64,000 bases of DNA from Mycobacteriales bacterium. Lineage in GTDB: Bacteria > Actinomycetota > Actinomycetes > Mycobacteriales > QHCE01. The DNA is taken from contig JBBSOC010000003.1 in the NCBI GenBank assembly GCA_038260095.1, positions 3,518 through 67,517 on the forward strand, read 5' to 3'. Every line of letters begins with the position of its first letter. Position 1 is the stretch's first letter. Shown piece after piece: positions 28,922 through 37,440 of the stretch. The notes under the pieces are model-generated. The model did no database searches. It had not been told where the DNA came from and worked only from the letters and a program-made list of their open reading frames with translations. The position numbers and the translations under genes are program-made.

Positions 28922-29269
28922 TTAAACCTTTCCGCTGCGGCGAGCACGCAAGTTAGCCAGTGCCTCTTCCAATAGGGCTTTGCCGTCAGCATCACTGCGC
29001 CGTTCCCGCACGTAAGCCAAATGGGTTTTATACGGCTCGTTACGTGGGATCGGTGGGGGCGCCGTAGCGTCTTTACCAGCCGGAAGTCCACAGCGCGCGC
29101 AGTCCCAAGAGTCTGGCTCCGACACATCAGCGGCAAACGATGGCCGGGTTATATGGCCGTTAGCGCAATAGAAATCGATGCGGCGCCGCGGAGCGGAGTC
29201 ACCACGCTCAGACTCGCCCATGGGGCCCGCGCCGACGCGCGTACCCCGAATAGCAGTACCACCTGCCAC
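28922..29269 (-). CDS. rbpA: RNA polymerase-binding protein RbpA
   Basis: 115 aa with IRGTRVGAGPMGESERGD, the Cys cluster YCANGH...WDCARCG, and C-terminal KTHLAYVRERRS. Confidence 0.9.
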   Translation of the reverse strand: MAGGTAIRGTRVGAGPMGESERGDSAPRRRIDFYCANGHITRPSFAADVSEPDSWDCARCGLPAGKDATAPPPIPRNEPYKTHLAYVRERRSDADGKALLEEALANLRARRSGKV

Positions 29270-29337
29270 GATCAGGTTCTCCTTTACTCAGGTATTTCAG
29301 CCGCAAAGGGCCGATTGCTGGGACTGCTAGCGCTGAT

Positions 29338-29577
29338 TTATGCGGCTTTCATCAGCAGCCCGAGACCGATCACACTCGCGGTCCAAATTAACGCCACGGC
29401 AACGGTAAACCGGTCAAGGTTTTTCTCCGCGATCGAGGAACCGGAAAGGTTGGAACCCATACCTCCACCAAACATGCTGGACAGTCCGCCGCCCTTACCG
29501 CGGTGCAGCAAAACGAAGAGCACAACCAAAGCGCTGGACACAATCAGTGTCACAGTGAGCACGGAAACCATGTCCAC
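29338..29577 (-). CDS. secG: Preprotein translocase subunit SecG
   Basis: 79 aa with two TM segments and a Gly-rich loop (HRGKGGGLSSMFGGGMGSNLSGS). Confidence 0.9.
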   Translation of the reverse strand: MDMVSVLTVTLIVSSALVVLFVLLHRGKGGGLSSMFGGGMGSNLSGSSIAEKNLDRFTVAVALIWTASVIGLGLLMKAA

Positions 29578-29699
29578 AGAATACGTGAGGCCACCGGAGC
29601 CGGACGTACCGCTCCCCTACCGGCGTGCTCCCACAGCATGAATCGACGACCTGTTCCTGCCCCTGAAACTCGATAATAGTAGCTACCAACTCTAAATGT

Positions 29700-29852
29700 G
29701 ATAGCTGTGGACAAGCTCATTCGCGATGGAGAACTAACCCGGCCAGCAATCCCGGCGGGATAGCCGCGCTCCTCGCGATCGAGCCCACTCCAGCCAGCAA
29801 TGACCTAGCCACCGCGGCTATTGTGGAGCAGCTTCGCGAGGATCGAGTGTGA
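29700..29852 (+). pseudogene. Truncated and frameshifted VapB-type antitoxin remnant
   Basis: VDKLIRDGELTRPAIPAG*, then in a shifted frame IEPTPASNDLATAAIVEQLREDRV*. This aligns with the C-terminal halves of the antitoxins at 2976..3260 and 47188..47496. The N-terminal DNA-binding half is absent. Confidence 0.55.
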
Positions 29853-30259
29853 TCTATTTAGACAGTTCCGCAATCGTTAAACTCGTCCGCTCCGAAGCCG
29901 AGACTAGCGCGCTTCGAGCTTGGTTAGCCAAAAATCCTCAGCCGCTCGTTACTTCCTCGCTAGCTCGCACTGAGGCGGCGAGAGCGCTCACCCGAAGTGA
30001 GCCGACTGCGCTTGGCAAGCTCTCAGCAGTGCTCGCAACTTTTCATCAGAAATCAGTGACTGACGCAATCCTCGATGCTGCTGCGATGCTCCCGGACCCA
30101 TACATCCACAGTCTGGATACCATCCATCTCGTGACAGCCGAAGCTCTGGGAACAGCGTTGACTACATTTGTCGCGTACGACAGGCGGCTTGCCGCACTTG
30201 CCCAGAAACGGGGCTTACTTGTGGAATCTCCTGGCATGCAACGCAGCCCAAGTAAGTAG
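29849..30259 (+). CDS. vapC: PIN-domain toxin VapC (intact)
   Basis: 136 aa starting MIYLDSSAIVKLV. All four acidic PIN positions are present (D5, E in ARTEAARA, D in SLDTIHL, D in AYDRRL). Confidence 0.85.
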   Translation: MIYLDSSAIVKLVRSEAETSALRAWLAKNPQPLVTSSLARTEAARALTRSEPTALGKLSAVLATFHQKSVTDAILDAAAMLPDPYIHSLDTIHLVTAEALGTALTTFVAYDRRLAALAQKRGLLVESPGMQRSPSK

Positions 30260-30267
30260 TAACGAGA

Positions 30268-32247
30268 TTACTGCGCGGACACTACGCTGTCGGTCTTAGC
30301 CAGCTGCAGCACCCATTCAGTGATGGTGCGAGCAACCTGCTGAGGGGTGAGGCCAAGCTCGGTGAGGATCTGCGCACGGCTTCCGTGTGGCACAAAGCGA
30401 GTAGGTACACCTAGACACCGCACGGGCGTGGTGACCTGCGCATCGGCCAGCTGCTGGGCGATCGCTGTACCCACCCCGCCGCAACGTAAGCCATCTTCGG
30501 CAGTCACTACCACTCGATACTGCCGTGCCAGCTCAATCAGCTCGGTTGGCGGTGGGATTACCCAGCACGGATCAACCACGGTGACGCCGATGCCTTGCTC
30601 GCCAGCGCGCTGTGCTGCCTGCACTCCAAGCTCTCCGAATGCACCCACCGCCACGAACAGCACATCGGGCTGTCGATCACGGTGCAGCACGTCGAGCTGT
30701 CCAATTCGATCGACCGCAGGCAACTCCAGCGGAGTGCTCCCCGTGGGAAACCGCAGCATCGTGGGCCCGTCGGTGACCGCGACCGCCTCGGCTAGCTGTT
30801 CGCGCAGTCGCACGGCATCGCGTGGTGCGGCGATCCGCAACCCCGGTACGGTCGAGCCGATCGCCAGATCCCAGATCCCGTAATGGCTAGGCCCATCTGG
30901 ACCGGTGATCCCCGCGCGATCCAAAACAAAGGTAACCGGGAGCCGATGCAGCCCAACATCAAGCAGTAGTTGATCGTAAGCGCGATTCAGGAACGTGGCG
31001 TACACCGCTACCACTGGATGCATGCCGCCCATAGCCAAACCGGCCGCCGACGTTACAGCGTGCTGCTCGGCGATACCAACGTCGAATGCGCGCTCAGGAT
31101 AGGCACGCATCAACTGCTCGATGCCGGTGGGTCCCGCCATCGCGGCGGTGATGCCGACCAAGCTCTCCCGCTTACTCGCGAGGTTGACTAGCTCCTTAGC
31201 AAATACCGATGTCCAGCTCACACCCAAACTGCCGTTGGAAATGGCCTTGCCAGTCTCGGGATCAAACGCCGAGGAGCTGTGCAGGCAATCTGCCTCATCA
31301 TATTCGGCGGGCTGATAGCCGTAGCCCTTGCGCGTAATGGCATGCACGATCACCGGATGGCCGTACCCAGCTGCTAGCCGAAGCGCGGTCTCCATGGCCA
31401 CTACATCGTGCCCATTGACCGGGCCGACGTATTTTAGACCAAGGTCTTCAAACATCGCTGGGCCAAGTAGGGCATCTTTGAGTCCTCGCCGAATACCGCG
31501 GAGCACATCGCGCACGCTATGTCCGACCAGCGGGGTCCGCAGCAGCGCGCGGTGGATCGCGCTCAATGCCCGCTCGTAGTTAGGGCTGAGCCGCAACGAG
31601 GCTAAATGATCAGCCAAACCACCGATGGTTGGAGAGTAGGAGCGGCCGTTGTCATTCACCACGATGATCACCGGACGGTCAGGACCCGCGGCGATGTTAT
31701 TCAGCGCTTCCCAGCACATTCCCCCGGTAAGCGCGCCGTCACCGACAATCGCAACGACCGCACGGTCGCGCTCCCCCCGCAGCGCATACGCTTTGGCAAG
31801 CCCATCGGCATAGGACAGCGCGGTGGAGGCGTGCGAGTTCTCCACAAGGTCATGGCAAGACTCGGCTCGGCTCGGGTAGCCCGAGAGCCCGCCGCGGCGG
31901 CGCAGTTCCTCGAAGCCGGCTTGGCGCCCCGTAAGCATTTTATGCACGTACGTCTGATGCCCTGTGTCAAAAATGAGTCGATCCTTGGGTGAGGCGAAGA
32001 CTCGGTGTAGGGCAAGCGTCAGCTCAACCACGCCCAGATTGGGGCCCAGGTGACCGCCAGTACGGGACAGCTTCTCAATCAAGAAGTCTCGAATCTGAGC
32101 AGCAAGGTTTCCCAGCTGCTGTGCGGGTAGCAGCTTAAGTCGCTCCGGGGTATCCACCTCTGTCAGCAACGGCCAGCTCTGCCGTTCCGCCGCCGATTCG
32201 GAAACTAACGGCTCAGAGGCTAAAGGAGTTGGGAGCTCAGAATGCAT
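30268..32247 (-). CDS. dxs: 1-deoxy-D-xylulose-5-phosphate synthase
   Basis: 659 aa with [14 protein letters not shown], the GDGALTGGM ThDP motif and AEQHAVT. Confidence 0.95.
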   Translation of the reverse strand: MHSELPTPLASEPLVSESAAERQSWPLLTEVDTPERLKLLPAQQLGNLAAQIRDFLIEKLSRTGGHLGPNLGVVELTLALHRVFASPKDRLIFDTGHQTYVHKMLTGRQAGFEELRRRGGLSGYPSRAESCHDLVENSHASTALSYADGLAKAYALRGERDRAVVAIVGDGALTGGMCWEALNNIAAGPDRPVIIVVNDNGRSYSPTIGGLADHLASLRLSPNYERALSAIHRALLRTPLVGHSVRDVLRGIRRGLKDALLGPAMFEDLGLKYVGPVNGHDVVAMETALRLAAGYGHPVIVHAITRKGYGYQPAEYDEADCLHSSSAFDPETGKAISNGSLGVSWTSVFAKELVNLASKRESLVGITAAMAGPTGIEQLMRAYPERAFDVGIAEQHAVTSAAGLAMGGMHPVVAVYATFLNRAYDQLLLDVGLHRLPVTFVLDRAGITGPDGPSHYGIWDLAIGSTVPGLRIAAPRDAVRLREQLAEAVAVTDGPTMLRFPTGSTPLELPAVDRIGQLDVLHRDRQPDVLFVAVGAFGELGVQAAQRAGEQGIGVTVVDPCWVIPPPTELIELARQYRVVVTAEDGLRCGGVGTAIAQQLADAQVTTPVRCLGVPTRFVPHGSRAQILTELGLTPQQVARTITEWVLQLAKTDSVVSAQ

Positions 32248-32271
32248 AACGGTCAGGTTACTACCGAACTC

Positions 32272-34329
32272 CTACGAGCGTAGGTCAGTCGGCTCCCGCA
32301 AACCCCGTCGAACGTCACCAGGGCGCGATCTGCGTTCCTTATTGTCCACCCGATCGGCAAGCTGCGCAGAAGAGCTCAGCTGATAGGGCACGCTCGTCAC
32401 CATAACGCCGGGCTCGAACCGGAGCCGACTTTTAAGCCGAAGGGCGCTCTGGTTATGCAGCAGATTTTCCCACCAGTGACCGACCACGTACTCGGGCACG
32501 AAAACTGTGACCACATCTCGGGGACTTTCACGACGGATATCCTTGACGTAAGAAACCACGGGGTGAGTAATTTCACGGTACGGCGAGTCGATCACTGTGA
32601 GCGGTATCGGGATCTCACGCTGCGCCCATTCACGCTGCAGTCGCACGGTAGCGGCTTCGTCGACGCTCACCGTGACTGCGCTGAGAGTGTCGGGCCGAGT
32701 CGCACGGGCATAAGCGAGCGCGCGTAACGCTGGCTTATGCAGGGTGGAGACGAGCACGATGGTGTGGTTGCGCGACGGCAGCAAACCACGCTGCTCTGGC
32801 GGAATCAGCTCCGCGGAAACTCGATCATAGTGACGACGGATTCCCAACATGACCAGATAAACCATCGCCATCAGTACCAAGGCGATCCAGGCGCCTTGGG
32901 TGAACTTAGTAATTAGCACCACAACCAGTACGGAACCGGTCATGCTCAGGCCGACCGCGTTGATCGCCTGGCGGCGACGCATGCTGCGGCGTAGTACCTG
33001 ATCCCGCTCCATAAACAACAGACGCTGCCAGTGCCGAACCATGCCGAGCTGACTGAGGGTAAAGGAGGTGAAGACACCCACAATGTAGAGGTGAATCAGG
33101 GCGCTGGGGCTGGCGTCGAACACCACTAGCAGAACCCCGGCTGATACCGCCAGAAACAAAATGCCGTTGGAGAAAGCCAGTCGGTCCCCGCGGGTATGCA
33201 GCTGCCGAGGCAGGTATCGGTCCTGCGCGAGAATGGACCCCAGCACCGGAAAGCCGTTGAACGCGGTGTTGGCGGCCAGCACCAGGATCAGCGCAGTCGT
33301 AATAACCACAAGGTAGTAGGCCAGCGGAAAACCGGAGAACACTGCTTCAGCGAGCTGCGCCATCACGGTCTTCTGCTGATAACCTTCGCCGGCGCCAACG
33401 AGCTGTCTCGTGGGATCCTCCACGTACCGCAGCCCAGTCTTGCTGGCCAGTAGCAGTATCCCCCCCATCATCGTGCTGGCGACTACCCCCAGCAGCAGCA
33501 GCGTGGTTGCGGCGTTGCGGCCCTTAGGTTTACGGAAGGCGGGCACACCGTTACTAATCGCTTCGACGCCGGTAAGCGCCGCAGAGCCCGCAGAGAACGC
33601 TCGCAACAGCAAAAACACCAGCGCAACGCCGGTGAAGGAGCCTTCGGCGGCGAGCTTGAAGCTGGCACTTTCGGTGCGCACTTGATCGCCTAGCAGGAAA
33701 ATGCGCACCAGTCCGTACCCGATCATCCCCAGCACCGCGATCATGAAGCCATAGGTTGGGATAGCGAATGCGATACCGGATTCTCGCACCCCACGTAGGT
33801 TCATCGCGGCCAGTAGCACTACCACTGCTACCGCTATTACAGCTGGCCGTTCGGCAAGCCAGGGCATCAACGAGCCAAGGTTCTCCACGCCAGCAGCCAC
33901 AGAGACGGCTACCGTGAGCACGTAGTCCACAAGCAGCGAACTGGCGACGACCAAGCCGTAGCGCTGCCCCAGATTGGTGGTGACAACTTCATAGTTGCCG
34001 CCACCTGATGGGTATGCCTGCACATTCTGTCGGTAAGACGTAACCACGGTGAGCAGCACCACCACGACTGCCGCGCCCACCCATGGCGAGAGGTGGTAGA
34101 TGGCCAGACCGGCCACGCTCACAGTCGCCAGGATCTCCGCTGGCGCATAGGCGACGGAGGAGAGCGCGTCGGAGGCGAAGATTGGCAGCGCGAGGCGTTT
34201 GGACAGCAGGGTTTCCCGAAGTCGCTCGGTGCGAAAGGGGCGTCCTAAGAGCAGCCGCTTTATCAGCGTTGCAGATGATGGCACGTCTGACACCGTACTG
34301 GTGAAGTATCCGGCGGCGGCTGGCGACAC
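32272..34329 (-). CDS. APC-superfamily permease with large cytoplasmic C-terminal domain
   Basis: 685 aa with about 12 TM segments and a soluble tail. Its position next to the trkA pair matches M. tuberculosis Rv2690c-ceoB-ceoC as I recall it. Confidence 0.8.
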   Translation of the reverse strand: MSPAAAGYFTSTVSDVPSSATLIKRLLLGRPFRTERLRETLLSKRLALPIFASDALSSVAYAPAEILATVSVAGLAIYHLSPWVGAAVVVVLLTVVTSYRQNVQAYPSGGGNYEVVTTNLGQRYGLVVASSLLVDYVLTVAVSVAAGVENLGSLMPWLAERPAVIAVAVVVLLAAMNLRGVRESGIAFAIPTYGFMIAVLGMIGYGLVRIFLLGDQVRTESASFKLAAEGSFTGVALVFLLLRAFSAGSAALTGVEAISNGVPAFRKPKGRNAATTLLLLGVVASTMMGGILLLASKTGLRYVEDPTRQLVGAGEGYQQKTVMAQLAEAVFSGFPLAYYLVVITTALILVLAANTAFNGFPVLGSILAQDRYLPRQLHTRGDRLAFSNGILFLAVSAGVLLVVFDASPSALIHLYIVGVFTSFTLSQLGMVRHWQRLLFMERDQVLRRSMRRRQAINAVGLSMTGSVLVVVLITKFTQGAWIALVLMAMVYLVMLGIRRHYDRVSAELIPPEQRGLLPSRNHTIVLVSTLHKPALRALAYARATRPDTLSAVTVSVDEAATVRLQREWAQREIPIPLTVIDSPYREITHPVVSYVKDIRRESPRDVVTVFVPEYVVGHWWENLLHNQSALRLKSRLRFEPGVMVTSVPYQLSSSAQLADRVDNKERRSRPGDVRRGLREPTDLRS

Positions 34330-34393
34330 TCAGTCCCGCGTCCAATATGGGTAGTTCGCGCCACAGGTACATAGAGCCGTGTAGCCTGCGCAC

Positions 34394-35074
34394 GTGCATG
34401 TGGTGATTCTGGGATGCGGGCGCACTGGCGCCACGCTCGCGTACGACCTACTGCAGCGAAGTCATACCGTGGCGATAATTGACCGCGATATCGCTGCGTT
34501 TCGGCGGCTGGGCAACGGATTCGAAGGTCGGGTTGTAACTGGCAATGGCTTCGATAAAGGTGTGCTGCTGCAGGCCGGGATCGAGCAAGCTGAGGCGTTT
34601 GCCGCGGTGGCACACGGTGACAATTCCAATATTATCGCCGCCCGAGTAGCTCGGGAAACGTTCGGTGTGTCGCGCGTAATTGCCCGGATATACGACGCGC
34701 GCCGCGCGGAAGTATACGAGCGGCTGGGTATCCCGACGATCGCCACGGTGCGCTGGGCGACGCATCGGATGCTACGCGCGCTCTGCCCCAGCGAGGACCC
34801 GGAGATCTGGCGCGATCCGACCAGCACGGTGGGGCTAATCACCCCGACACTGCATCCAGATTGGGTAGGCCGTCGGCTCGCCGAATGGGAAATCCAGACC
34901 GGGGCACGAGTCGCCTACGTCACCCGGTTCGGTATCGCCACCTTGCCCACCCCATCGATGGTACTGGGTGATGGCGACCAGCTCGCAGCGCTGGTTACTG
35001 ATGACATCGCGGACCGAGTCGTTTCCCTCGCGAACAGCTCACCAGTCGAATCCAGCATTTCAAGAGCTCAGTGA
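34394..35074 (+). CDS. trkA: TrkA-family potassium uptake protein (RCK domains)
   Basis: VVILGCGRTGATLA Rossmann motif. 226 aa. Confidence 0.85.
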   Translation: MHVVILGCGRTGATLAYDLLQRSHTVAIIDRDIAAFRRLGNGFEGRVVTGNGFDKGVLLQAGIEQAEAFAAVAHGDNSNIIAARVARETFGVSRVIARIYDARRAEVYERLGIPTIATVRWATHRMLRALCPSEDPEIWRDPTSTVGLITPTLHPDWVGRRLAEWEIQTGARVAYVTRFGIATLPTPSMVLGDGDQLAALVTDDIADRVVSLANSSPVESSISRAQ

Positions 35075-35727
35075 TGCGCATAGCTATCGCCGGAGCCGGC
35101 AACGTAGGACGTTCCATTGCCGGGGAGCTGCTCGACCACGGCCACGAGGTAATGATTCTAGAGCAGAACCTGGCACAGATGCGGGCGCAGCTGGTACCAG
35201 GCGCGCGCTGGGTGCTGGCCGATGCGTGCGAAATGGCCGCGCTAGAGGATGCGCAGCTGGAAACTTACGATGTGATGGTCACCGCCACCGGGGACGATAA
35301 AGCAAATCTCGTGGCGGCGTTTCTGGCCAAGACCGAGTTCGCAATTACCCGGGTGGTCGCCCGAGTAAACCGCGCCGAGAACGAGTGGTTATTCACACCA
35401 GCCTGGGGCGTTGACGTTGCGGTAAGCAAACCGCGGCTACTGGCGGCGCTGGTGGAAGAGGCGGTTAGCGTTGGTGATGTGGTGCGGCTGATGACACTAC
35501 GCCGCGGCCAGGCCAACTTGGTGGAGATCACGCTGCGGCCAGATACCAGCTACGCCGGAACCGCGGTACGCGATGTGACGTTGCCTCGTGACACCACGTT
35601 GGTAGCCATTGTGCGGGGTCCGCGCGTGATCACACCGAGCCCAGATGAGCCCTTGGAGCCAAGCGATGAGCTGATGTTCCTGTGCGCACCAGAGTTCGAG
35701 GACGCACTACACGAAGCACTGTCATGA
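35071..35727 (+). CDS. trkA: TrkA-family potassium uptake protein (second paralog)
   Basis: IAIAGAGNVGRSIA Rossmann motif. 218 aa. Overlaps the upstream gene by 4 nt. Confidence 0.85.
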   Translation: MMRIAIAGAGNVGRSIAGELLDHGHEVMILEQNLAQMRAQLVPGARWVLADACEMAALEDAQLETYDVMVTATGDDKANLVAAFLAKTEFAITRVVARVNRAENEWLFTPAWGVDVAVSKPRLLAALVEEAVSVGDVVRLMTLRRGQANLVEITLRPDTSYAGTAVRDVTLPRDTTLVAIVRGPRVITPSPDEPLEPSDELMFLCAPEFEDALHEALS

Positions 35728-35765
35728 GGACGGTTTCAGGGAAAATGTCCTCAATCCTGCATGAA

Positions 35766-37205
35766 TCACGACGCTTTCGGGGAAAATTCTGCAAGTAGGG
35801 TTTGCAGTTGGTGGTGGAAATCATGCAGCTGAGAGGTGTTCTTCGCCGCTGGATGCGCGGCAAGCTCGGTATCAAGTATGCGTAGTTGCGCGACTGAGCG
35901 CGGAGAGCGCACTGCGGATGGGGCAAGAGCGGGCAGCGCAGTGTGTAGTGCTGTGTCGATGTCGCCCAGCCACATGTGGCTGCGAGCCAGCCACACCCGG
36001 TTGTACAGCGCCTCGCGGGGAAAGTGCACATCATCAAGGGCGCAGCTCGGGGCGAGCAGCCGGGCTGCCTCGACAAGCCGATGTTGCTGTGGCGCCTTAG
36101 TCGCCCTCGCCAACGTCAATAACCCGTGCCCCCGACGAACCTTGCTCTGCGTGGGTCCAAACCAATACATCCAGCTAGGCTGGCCCTCTACCGCACCCGG
36201 CTCCTCTATCAGATCCTGCGCGGTTGCCATATTGGTTTCAAAACCGTAGGCGTTGCCCTCCAGCGCTTCGGTGTGTGCAACCAAGCCACCCACCAGTGAC
36301 CGTAGTGCTGGCGGACCGCCCTTGGCCGCCCGTACTGTGGCATCAGCTAGCGCACGAGCTTCCCGGACCTTTCTACAATAGATTGCCTGGTGAGTCAGCC
36401 TCGCAAGTAGGTAAGCACCGTAAGTGCGGTCCCTAATACTATGTGCAGCGCGCAGCCCAGAGTAGAAATACCGTTGCGCCAGGCCGTGTTCCTCAGCGTC
36501 ATAGGCCATCCAGCCCGCGACCTGACACAAAGACATCCACACCCGAAATAGCTTCCCCAACACAGTGCTATCCACAGCGTCACCGGATCGAATCTGCTCA
36601 CCAATGCTAAGGAAGTACTGATGCACGAAACGCAGGTTCTCCAGACTGCCGCCTTCAGTGTCATCAAGCCGACGCATCCGCTCCACCACCACCGAAGCGA
36701 TGCTGGTCATAGAGGCAGTGATCATGCGCCCATCACGGGCCCAGTTGCGGTACCGGACCAACTGCAGCGGAGTAGCCGGATGCTCTAGATAGGATAAGGC
36801 TGGCCCGACCAAAGCCTCGCCCCACACCGGAAAGAATGTACGGTGGCTGAAATCAAGCACCGTTTCCCCATGCTCCTGCCAGCATTCCAGCGCCCCCACA
36901 GTACCCGAATGACACCATGGGCCAGCCATGCCATCAAGCGCCGAAAGCCACAGCTGCGACCGTTTCGCCCGGCCTTTCCACAACTCATCCAGTGTGACGG
37001 TGCGCCCTAGCTCCTCCGAAAGCACATGTGCGACCACCGTAGGCACCGGATCACGCGGAACACGCTCCTGATTCACCCATTCAGCCACCGTCGAACGGGA
37101 TACGTATCCAGCACCAAGTACCTCGTTGAGGCGACGTGCCAGCCGCGACTGTGACCAGCCCAGCTCCTGTAATAACTCAAGCAACACCAGGTTTTTGTTG
37201 ACCAC
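35766..37205 (-). CDS. XRE-type HTH regulator with long TPR-like helical-repeat C-terminal domain (paralog 1)
   Basis: N-terminus LLQELGWSQSRLARRLNEVLGAGYVSRSTVAEWVNQERVP, followed by about 400 aa of helical repeats (GWMAYDAEEHGLAQRYFYSGLRAAH...). I place the start at the GTG at 37205, 5 nt after GGAGG. The track start at 37337 is the TTG of a TTGACA box. Confidence 0.7.
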   Translation of the reverse strand: MVNKNLVLLELLQELGWSQSRLARRLNEVLGAGYVSRSTVAEWVNQERVPRDPVPTVVAHVLSEELGRTVTLDELWKGRAKRSQLWLSALDGMAGPWCHSGTVGALECWQEHGETVLDFSHRTFFPVWGEALVGPALSYLEHPATPLQLVRYRNWARDGRMITASMTSIASVVVERMRRLDDTEGGSLENLRFVHQYFLSIGEQIRSGDAVDSTVLGKLFRVWMSLCQVAGWMAYDAEEHGLAQRYFYSGLRAAHSIRDRTYGAYLLARLTHQAIYCRKVREARALADATVRAAKGGPPALRSLVGGLVAHTEALEGNAYGFETNMATAQDLIEEPGAVEGQPSWMYWFGPTQSKVRRGHGLLTLARATKAPQQHRLVEAARLLAPSCALDDVHFPREALYNRVWLARSHMWLGDIDTALHTALPALAPSAVRSPRSVAQLRILDTELAAHPAAKNTSQLHDFHHQLQTLLAEFSPKAS

Positions 37206-37391
37206 CAAAACCTCCAACACAGTGCTCTTGCGGTCAGCGCAAAGGCTCAATCGAAAAAATGCACGCAGCCCCAAAGGCACATGACAGTCGTCATCTATCA
37301 GTCTGACAACCCATACGTTACCGCCACAGGCTGTCAACCGCCGACTCCGGCTCTAAAAATCCACAAGTCGGCGATTAGGGGATTGTGGCCA

Positions 37392-37421
37392 CTGAATTCA
37401 GGCTATGCTGGCTGAATTCAG
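37392..37421. promoter_or_regulatory. Two copies of the 10-bp palindrome CTGAATTCAG, 20 bp centre to centre
   Basis: Copies at 37392-37401 and 37412-37421. They lie between the stop of paralog 2 (37441) and the TTGACA box (37337-37332) upstream of paralog 1. Confidence 0.4.
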
Positions 37422-37440
37422 TCAGTGCTGAGGCGATTCG

